Assembly: GCF_964213995.1 (NCBI RefSeq) | Contig: NC_135830.1 | Location: 19,344,001-19,408,000 of the forward strand | Length of the DNA: 64,000 nucleotides | Direction: 5' to 3' | Source of the DNA: Mustelus asterias | Taxonomy: Eukaryota | In this document: in pieces, positions 47,994-56,744 of the stretch | How positions within the stretch are numbered: position 1 is the stretch's first letter | How the letters are laid out: each line of letters begins with the position of its first letter | Program-made: the position numbers and the translations under genes | Notes under the pieces: model-generated | The model's database searches: none | What the model was told of the DNA's origin: nothing | Seen by the model: only the letters and a program-made list of their open reading frames with translations

Positions 47994-48326
47994 CCTCTCG
48001 GCGCAAAGATAGGTGGCAGCGTCTGAAACTTGTACGTCTCTCACGGTCAGGATGCTGAGTTTGTTGCTTTCAGCGATCGAAGCAGTGATCCTCCCGTGTT
48101 GATCGGTTCCTCTTGTGGCCATCACCAGATGCTGGGGTGACTGATTCGGGAGCTGTTTGTACCAACGCAGGGTCTGAAACGTAATGGAGCTGGTACAGTT
48201 CATGGATACATTTCCCGCTTCACTGACAACCATCCGTGGAGGGAGCTGCAGCAACTCAGCTTCTCCGGTCACCCCCGTACAGATCAGAGTGAAAAACAAC
48301 AAAAAGTCGATGCAAACCTTGAGCAT
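47994..48326 (-). CDS. Intronless TRAV-like segment, copy 10
   Basis: CDR1 SSITFQTLR; ends YLCAER. Confidence 0.92.
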
Positions 48327-50415
48327 TCTCAGTTAACACGCAACACCGAGATCAGCTTAGAATCAGGAGATTAATGTTAAGCGGGAGGCAAATGCTTTCT
48401 TCGTGTCCAGTTTAGTGCCGTGTTTCTGTTGAACTAACAACAGTAGGCGGGTTCTCCTTTAACCATCCACACTGAGCGCTGAACACTGGTACCAGCTCAC
48501 ACAGCATTTAAGCACTCACCTGACCCGCCCAGATTAAATATTTCTCATGCCTCACACTGCTCTCTGCCGGTGCATACTGGTAATTGCAGGGTGCAATTCT
48601 TCACTTGGACTGTCGACAAGTTGCAATTCACAAGATAGTTGCAAATGAGAACAGTTGTTTACTCTTTCCTGTTATAGACCTTTTATTGCGGGAGAGCTTA
48701 CAACTCTCGTTTATTCTACTATCCAACGATTGCAATGTATTTTCCCCTCTCATTCTTGCTGAAGTTTTATTCCACACTGTGACCAGTCCTGGTCTGACAA
48801 GAAGAAGGCCCAGATGTTAGTCCTAAAATAGCGTTCGATAATTTGGGAACTTGTGGAATGGGAACTGGTCTATCTATCGAATATGTGTTGCATAACCACA
48901 GGAATAGCAACATTGAAAACCCATAGGACAATTTTTTTAAATAATAAGTTTGATATCAGTGTTGTAATTATGTTTCTGTTTCCTCATTTGTTCCTTCAAT
49001 CAAATTTTCTTCAATAAGGACACTCGCTCCGATATTGAACTTAATTCAGTGTCCTTCTGCCCTCTACTGGGGGCAAAAAGCACTACAATATACAACTTTG
49101 AAACAACCTGCTCCGCTTCTGGGACCAAGATTGATTGCAACAATTGCCGATCATACATTTTCCCCAGTATAAAGTATACTTTTCATTTTTCTTCTTTTGG
49201 AATGCGCCTGGTGGTATCGAAACGGACTTTAATTATTGCAACTCATTGATCATCCGGTGTTCCCACATTTTCCTCAGTGCGGAGTCATGGATATTGTGTC
49301 ACTCCGCCCCTTTCCTCAGGTGTTCAGGTAAATGGAAAATAGATGACTTTAAAATCTCCTTCTAATACAAGATGCGAGTTGGGGGGGGATATTGGTAACT
49401 GGGTCTAACAGCTTGAAATACAGCAGTGTTAATTCTGACAAAATACATGATTGATTGTGATGATCGAGCAGTTTGCGAAAACCGACTTCTTCGCAATCCG
49501 ACATTTTGAAAAAACACCATTATGTTAGCCAACTCTGGGCTGCAGCTGAGCAAAGCTGCCGCTTAATCCTGCGTCCAAACACTCGCAGCGTTGGAAACCA
49601 GTTGAACCCTGGTACAGGTACTTCCCCAGCTTTGTAGATCAAATCCCCAGCCTACTGCGGTCAATTATTAGGGCGAGCAGATGTGAAGGCTATCCGGACT
49701 AACCAATCCGAAACCATGAACACGATGTTTTGAATAAGAATGCTGCGAAAATTGCAAGTGATCAAGATCCTAAAATCAGGGACTACATGCGGAGTCCACA
49801 CACTCTCATTCTGCGTAAATCTATTAAACAGACAGTTCCATCCCTCCATTTATCCGATTTAAAGGATGAAGCTTGGCTATTTACCGCATTGTTATACTCA
49901 ATTCCCTCAGGACTCAGTGGCCTCTTGCATCAGCTACGGGGGGCTTTCACAGTCAGAGAGCAGCTCTTTTAATTTGTGTTCTGGTTATGATCCAGGAACA
50001 ACATTGCCTGATTTAAAAATAAAAGCAAATCACTGCGGATGCTGGAATCTGAAGCCGAAAGAGAAAATGCTCTAAAACCTCAACAGGTCTGGAAGCATCT
50101 GTGAGGAGAGAAAAGAGCTGACGTTTCGAGTCCAGATGACCCTTTGCCAAAGCTAAAAGGCATAGAAAGTGGGAGATATTGCTGTGAGGCAGCAGTCGTA
50201 ACTGCTGTGCTACGGTGCCGCCCACTCATTCTGACTTACATGTAACCGCTTCCATTTTCTTCAAAAGCAGTTCCAGCTCTCTTCGTTTTAACCATTCTAA
50301 AATTTTCTGATTCAAGATATGTTTTGCTCTTTCCCCTTACCCTGGGGGTTTAATACCGCGCTTCTTAAAATGCTGATATTTCAGGCATGGCGGAGCGTGT
50401 TTTGAAAACGGTGCA

Positions 50416-50454
50416 GGTTTTTGTACGAGATCTCCCTGTGTTTGCAACAGTGTG
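50416..50454 (-). promoter_or_regulatory. 23-RSS of array V11 (variant heptamer)
   Basis: CACACTG-23-ACAAAAACC. Confidence 0.9.
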
Positions 50455-50787
50455 CCTCTCGGCGCAAAGATAGGTGGCAGCGTCTGAAACCTGTACGTCT
50501 CTCACGGTCAGGATGCTGAGTTTGTTGCTTTCAACGATCGAAGCAGTGATCCTCCCATGTTGATCCGTTCCTCTTGTGGCCATCACCAGATGCTGGGGTG
50601 ACTGATTCGGGAGCTGTTTGTACCAATGCAGGGCCTGTAACGTAATGGAGCTGGTACAGTTCATGGATACATTTCCCGCTTCACTGACAACCATCCGCGG
50701 AGGGAGCTGCAGCAACTCAGCTTCTCCGGTCACCCCCGTACAGATCAGAGTGAAAAACAACAAAAATTCGATGCAAATCTTGAGCAT
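50455..50787 (-). CDS. Intronless TRAV-like segment, copy 11
   Basis: CDR1 SSITLQALH; ends YLCAER. Confidence 0.92.
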
Positions 50788-52876
50788 TCTCAGTTAACAC
50801 GCAACACCGAGATCAGCTTAGAACCAGGAGATGAAAGTTAACCGGGAGGCAAATGCTTTCTTCGTGTCCAGTTTAGTGCCGTGTTTCTGTTCAACTAACA
50901 ACAGTAGGCGGGTTCTCCTTTAACTATCCACACTAAGCGCTTAACACTGATACAAGCTTACATAGCCTTTGAGCACTCACCTGACCTGCCCAGATTAAAT
51001 ATGTCTCATGCCTCACACTGCTATCTGCCGGTGCATACTGGTAATTGCAGGGTGCAATTCTTCACTTGGACTGTCGACAAGTTGCAATTCACAAGATAGT
51101 TGCAAATGAGAACAGTTGTTTCCTCTGTCCTGTATTTGACCTTTTATTGCGGGAGAGCTTACAACTCTCGTTTATTCTACTATCCAACGATTGCAATGCA
51201 TTTTCCCCTCTCAGTCTTGCTGAAGTTTTATTCCACACTGTGACCAGTCCCGGTGTGACAAGAAGAAGGCCCAGATGTTAGTCCTAAAATAGCGTTCGAT
51301 AATTTGGGAAGTTTTGTAATGGGAACTGGTCTATCTATCGAATATTTGTTACATAACCACAGGAATGGCAACATTGAAAACTCATGAGAATATTTTTTTA
51401 ACATAATAAGTTTGATATCAGTGTTGTAATTATGTTTCTGTTTCCTCATATGTTCCTTCAATCAAATTTTCTTCAATAAAGACACTCGCTCCGATATTGA
51501 ACTTAATTCAGCGTCCTTCTGCCCTCTACTGGGGGAAAAAGTCACTACAATATACAACTTTGAAACAACCTGCTCCGCTTCTGGGACCAAGATTGATTGC
51601 AACAATTGTCGATCATACATTTTCCCCAGTATAAAGTATATTTTTCATTTTTCTTCTTTTCCAATGCGCCTGGTGGTATCGAACCTGACTTTCATTATTG
51701 CAACTCATTGATCATCCGGTGTTCCCACATTTTCCTCAGAGCTGAGTCATGGATATTGTGTCACTCCGCCTCTTTCCTCAGGAGTTGAGGTAAATGGAAA
51801 ATAGATCACATTAAAATCTCCTTCCAATACAAGATGCGAGTTGGGGGGGATATTGGTAACTGGGTCTAACAGCTTGCAATACAGCAGTGTTAATTCTGAC
51901 AAAATACACGATTGATTGTGATGATCAAGCAGTTTGCCAAAACCGACTTCTTCGCATCCCAACATTTTGAAAAAACACCATTATGTTCGCCAATTCTGGG
52001 CTGCAGCTGAGCAAAGCTGTCGCTTAATCCTGCGTCCAATCTCTCACAGCGTTGGAAACCAGTTGAACCCTGGTACAGGTACTTCCCCAGCTTTGTAGAT
52101 CAAATCCCCAGCCGACAGCGGTCAAATGTAAGGGCGAGCAGATGTGAAGGCTATCTGGGCTAACCAATCCGTTACCGTGAACACGGTGGTTTGAATAAGA
52201 ATGCTGCGAAAATTGCAAGTGATCAAGATTCTAAAATCAGGGACTACATGCGGAGTCCACCCACTCTCATTCTGCGTAAATCTATTAAACAGCCAGTTCC
52301 ATCCCTCCATTTATCCGATTTAAAGGATGATGTTTGGCTATTTACCGCATTGTTATAGTCAATTCCCTCAGGACTCAGTGGCCTCTTGCATCAGCTACGG
52401 GGAGCTTTCACAGTCAGAGAGCAGCTCTTTTAATTTGGGTTCCGGTTATGATCCAGGAACAACATTGCCTGATTTAAAAATAAAAGCAAATCACTGCGAA
52501 TGCTGGAATCTGAAGCCGAAAGAGAAAATGCTGGAAAATCTCAACAGGTCTGGAAGCATCTGTGAGGAGAGAAAAGAGCTGACGTTTCGAGTCCAGATGA
52601 CCCTTTGCCAAAGATAAAAGGCATAGAAAGTGGGAGATATTGCTGTGAGGCAGCAGTAGTAACTGCTGTGCTACCGTGCCGCCCACTCATTCTGACTTAC
52701 ATGTAACCGCTTCCATTTTCTTCAAAAGCAGTTTCAGCTCTCTTCGTTTTAATCTTTTTAAAATATTCTGATGCAAGTTATGTTTTGCTCTTTCCCCTTA
52801 CCCTGGGGATTTAATACCGCGATTCATAAATTGCTGGTGTTTCAGGCATGGCGGAGCGTGTTTTGAAAACGGTGCA

Positions 52877-52915
52877 GGTTTTTGTACGAGATCTCCCTGT
52901 GTTTGCAACAGTGTG
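52877..52915 (-). promoter_or_regulatory. 23-RSS of array V12 (variant heptamer)
   Basis: CACACTG-23-ACAAAAACC. Confidence 0.9.
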
Positions 52916-53248
52916 CCTCTCGGCGCAAAGATAGGTGGCAGCGTCTGAAACCTGTACGTCTCTCACGGTCAGGATGCTGAGTTTGTTGCTTTCAACGATC
53001 GAAGCAGTGATCCTCCCATGTTGATCCGTTCCTCTTGTGGCCATCACCAGATGCTGGGGTGACTGATTCGGGAGCTGTTTGTACCAATGCAGGGTCTGAA
53101 ACGTAATGGAGCCGGTGCAGTTCATGGATACATTTCCCGCTTCATTGACAACCATCCGTGGAGGGAACTGCAGCAACTCATCTTCTCCGGTCACCCCCGT
53201 ACAGATCAGAGTGAAAAACAACAAAAAGTCGATGCAAATCTTGAGCAT
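52916..53248 (-). CDS. Intronless TRAV-like segment, copy 12
   Basis: CDR1 GSITFQTLH; ends YLCAER. Confidence 0.92.
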
Positions 53249-54295
53249 TCTCAGTTAACACGCAGCACGGAGATCAGCTGAGAACCAGGAGATGAAAGTT
53301 AACCGGGAGGCAAATGCTTTCTTCGTGTCCAGTTTAGTGCCGTGTTTCTGTTGAACTAACAACAGGAGGCGGGTTCTCCTTTAACCATCCACACTGAGCG
53401 CTTAACACTGATACCAGCTCACATCGCCTTTGAGCATTCACCTGACCCGCCCAGATTAAATATTTCTCATGCCTCACACTGCTCTCTGCCGGTGCATACT
53501 GGTAATTGCAGGGTGCAATTCTTCACTTGGACTGTCGACAAGTTGCAATTCACAAGATAGTTGCAAATGAGAACAGTTGTTTACTCTTTCCTGTTATAGA
53601 CCTTTTATTGCGGGAGAGCTTACAACTCTCGTTTATTCTACTATCCAACGATTGCAAGATATTTTCCCCTCTCATTCTTGCTTAAGTTTTATTCCACACT
53701 GTGACCAGTCCCGGTGTGACAAGAAGGAGGCCCAGATGTTAGTCCTAAAATATCGTTCCAATAATTTGGGAACTTGTGTAATGGGAACTGGTCTATCTAT
53801 CGAATATTTGTTACATAACCACAGGAATGGCAACATTGAAAACTCATAAGAATATTTTTTAAAGTAACAAGTTGGATATCAGTGTTATAATTATGTTTCC
53901 GTTTCCTCATTTGTTCCTTCAAACAAATTTTCTTCAATAAAGACACTCACTCCAACATTGAACTTAATTCAGTGTCCTTCTGCCCTCTCCTGGGGTCAAA
54001 AGGCACTGCAATTTACAACTTTCAAACAACCTGCTCCACTTTTGGAAACAAGATTGTTTCCAACAATTGCCGATCATACACTTTCCCCAGTATGAAGTAT
54101 CAGGGACGACATGCGGAGTCCACCCACTCTCACACTGCGTAAATCTATTAAACAGCCAGTTCCATCCATCCATTTATCCGATTTAAAGGATGACTCAGTG
54201 TCCTCTTGCATCAGCGACGGGGAGCTTTCACAGTCAGAGAGCAGCTCTTTTAATTTGGGTTCTGGTTATGATCCAGGAACAACATTGCCTGATTT

Positions 54296-54785
54296 AAAAA
54301 TAAAAGCAAATCACTGCGGATGCTGGAATCTGAAGCCGAAAGAGAAAATATTGGAAAATCTCAACACGTCTGGAAGCATCTGTGAGGAGAGAAAAGAGCT
54401 GACGTTTCGAGTCCAGATGACCCTTTGCCAAAGCTAAAAGGCATAGAAAGTGGGAGATATTTCTGCTCTTCGGTGAGGGAATGAAAAATGAGTCATTGCC
54501 ACGAAAACAAGGGGAAAGGCTGCGACTGGCAGCCCATACAGAGAATAGAAGGTGTGAATAGCCAAACGGCAGACAAGCTGAAATCAGAGGGCAAGTTGTG
54601 ACAGATGAAAACGTGGGGGTGAGGTGGGAGACAGATAAAATTGCGAGAAAGGGGGAAAAGGGAAGCAAAGAGAGAGAAAAGGTAAGAGAAGGATGATAAA
54701 ATGGGGGAAAGAGTGGGGGGTGGTTTAAAGAAAGACAACAAAGAAATAAAAGTTAGAGAACAGTTAAAAATTAAATAAAATTAAC
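54296..54785. mobile_element. Penelope-like element terminal-repeat fragment containing the right breakpoint of the array
   Basis: AAAGCAAATCACTGCGGATGCTGGAATCTGAA...GACGTTTCGAGTCCAGATGACCC (hammerhead-like on minus strand) followed by a purine-rich tract. Only the first ~165 bp is repeated in the internal units. Family assignment is from recall. Confidence 0.55.
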
Positions 54786-54834
54786 CGATTTCCTGTTCTT
54801 TCTTCGCCTTATAAATTGAAGCGATTAAATGGAC

Positions 54835-55103
54835 ATCTGTTTTCATTTGTAACTCTCTTGTGAATTGCAACTTGTCGACAGTCCAAGTGAAAGATTGCAC
54901 CCTGCAATTACCAGTATACACCAGCAGAGGCATGAGAAATATTTAATCTGGGCGGGTCAGGTGAGTGCTCAGAGGTCGTGTGAGCTGGTGTCAGTGTGAA
55001 ACGCTCAGTGTGGGTGGTTAAAGGAGAACCCGCCTCCTGTTGTTAGTTCAAAGGAACACGGCACTGAACTGAACCCGAAGAATGCATTTGGCGCCTGGTT
55101 AAT
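54835..55103 (+). repeat. Inverted copy of the array genes' upstream region
   Basis: CTTGTGAATTGCAACTTGTCGACAGTCCAAGTGA...ATTTAATCTGGGCGGGTCAGGTGAGTGC...GGTTAAAGGAGAACCCGCC is the reverse complement of about 53300-53580. Confidence 0.9.
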
Positions 55104-55184
55104 TTTCCCTGTTTAATCTCTGTCCAGGTCCCCGAGAGGACAAACAACTCATTAAGTTCCTTTCTCCTGGCGCTGACAGCCAAA

Positions 55185-55295
55185 GGAGACGTGCGCTGAT
55201 TGGTTGACTTGAAGACACTGGAATTTTAAGCTTGGATGTGAATGAATGATGCTGTCAACCATGAACCAATCAACTGGGGCCCGGACGTGACTCAA
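55185..55295 (+). promoter_or_regulatory. Putative V promoter
   Basis: GACGTG (twice), ATTGG/CCAAT boxes and TGACTCA, 80-190 bp upstream of the leader ATG at 55373. Confidence 0.45.
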
Positions 55296-55372
55296 CTTCT
55301 TCCCAGCTCTTGACAATTAAAATTTCAGCTTCAACACGCTCTGCTCACATCCCCTTTGACCTCGCTGCAAAC

Positions 55373-56234
55373 ATGTCTCCTGTGACTCTTTGCTTATTCT
55401 TCACAGTGGCAGCTCTATTAACCGGTAGGTTCATAAATTGCAAACTCTGTGTTCACGTTTTTACCATTCACTGCAATCAGTTGAGCAGTTCCATTAACAC
55501 ACTGGTAAAATATATATTAATTCTAAACGAGTAAATCACCCGGATCCATTTTGTCTCAGCAAAGGAGGAGGCACAATTCCCCAGGTGAATGAGAGTGAAG
55601 AGTTAAGATGGGATTGCAGGCCCCGTCGCAGCCAGTGAGGGACCTTGACCAACACGAGATCTCTAAACCCACAGACAGTTTAGTTTCCCCGTCAAATTAC
55701 ATGAAACGAAGGCGAGGATCTGATCTCCTTAGAAGGTGTTCATTTAACGGAGTTTCATGTAACCGCTCCTAATACGTTCCCGTTACAACCTGTGTGTTGT
55801 GGCAAATATATTTCTGCTTCGACCCGGTTGATTTCCCAGATTATTGGCCAGGGTGACGGGCCAAATCCGGCTATTAACCAAAGTGACCTGACATCGTTTA
55901 ATTTAACATGACTCTTGGTTCTTACAGGACATAGTGGAGGCGACTCGGTCTCACAGATACCAGCTGCAGTCACAACGAGTGAAGGAGATGATGTTCAGCT
56001 ATTCTGTAATTATACAGCTATAATCATTGAGAATTATTATCTATTCTGGTACCGTCAGTATCCCAGCGGTTCCATGGAGTATCTGCTGAAGAGAAACAAA
56101 TTCACCGGGAACACAGAGAGATTCCCAGGGGACCGTTTTTCAGCGGAGCTCAATGATACAACGAGCGCCATTCTGCTGAAATTGTCGAGCACAGAACTGT
56201 CAGACTCCGGGGTATATTACTGCGCGCTAAGTCA
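55373..56234 (+). CDS. Intact conventional TCR alpha/delta V segment (leader exon 55373-55424, intron 55425-55927, V exon 55928-56234)
   Basis: MSPVTLCLFFTVAALLT-G|GTAGGT...TTACAG|HSGGDSVSQIP..QLFCNY..LFWYRQYP..DRFSAEL..SDSGVYYCALS; phase-1 intron; open frame. Confidence 0.93.
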
Positions 56235-56273
56235 CACAGAGACACAGAGCTGGGCTGAACCTGTACAAAAACT
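56235..56273 (+). promoter_or_regulatory. 23-RSS
   Basis: CACAGAG-23-ACAAAAACT. Confidence 0.88.
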
Positions 56274-56588
56274 GCCAGAGCCTCACTCAACATAACAGAG
56301 CGTGAGGCAAACATTGTGATCAGGGATGCGTATGAATTGCAATGGTATCTAGTATTTTTAATTCTAATACGTACTTTCAGTTGTTCTAAATATGTCATGA
56401 CAAAACACATCGATGCGAATTGGCCAGTTGTTTAATGAACATAGACAATTTATAGAGCGTTTTTCTTGATGCCCGGAAGTATTTGACTGTCACGGTTATG
56501 ATGTACCAGAGACAGCACAACGTCCAATGTGAGCCCTGTATGACAGACCAATCACGAATTTTATAATGACCTGTCGGTTTATAATGGC

Positions 56589-56725
56589 AGTAAGGAGTCT
56601 AACAACACCAGGTTAAAGTCCAACAGGTTTATTTGGTAGCAAACGCCACTAGCTTCCGGAGAGCTGCTCCTTCGTCAGATGGAGTGGAAATCTGCCCCAG
56701 TCCAACGCCGGCACTTCCACATCAT
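56589..56725 (-). mobile_element. Short Penelope-like terminal-repeat fragment with hammerhead-like motif
   Basis: ACAACACCAGGTTAAAGTCCAACAGGTTT...; the minus strand has CTGACGA-A-GGAG-cagct-CTCC-GGAA-GCTA. Confidence 0.5.
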
Positions 56726-56744
56726 GGTTTATCATGGCCACAGG

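Larger units (their letters stand above)
19539..54461. repeat. Tandem array of 12 units of ~2.46 kb, each with one intronless TRAV-like gene
   Basis: V start codons at 20143, 22582, 25041, 27501, 29951, 34914, 37375, 43400, 45864, 48326, 50787, 53248. Spacing is 2439-2464 bp except where retroelements inserted (4963 and 6025). The last unit has a ~600 bp internal deletion at about 54100. Confidence 0.97.

Noticed and set aside
19811-53248. Array genes as processed retrocopies or germline-joined VJ genes
   Set aside because: No poly(A), TSD, J motif (FGxG) or C sequence; an unrearranged RSS directly follows V.
19811-53248. Array genes as IgH V, IgNAR/NAR-TCR V or TCR-associated Ig-like V
   Set aside because: WYKQ, a short CDR2 followed by GRITAS, and YLCAV/M/ER fit TRAV. 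There is no WVRQ/YYCAR pattern and no NAR-type CDR2 deletion. A phylogeny would be decisive.
20401-54437. Recurrent short ORFs in each unit (MQGAILHLDC.., MMFGYLPHCY.., MEGWNWLF.., MGGTVAQQLL.., MYDRQLLETI..)
   Set aside because: Many start at non-ATG codons, gain stops or frameshifts between copies, overlap repeat fragments and have no recognisable domain. They recur only because the unit is duplicated.
19539-54461. CRISPR-like or satellite interpretation of the array
   Set aside because: The units are 2.46 kb gene-containing duplications in vertebrate DNA, with no short repeat-spacer structure.
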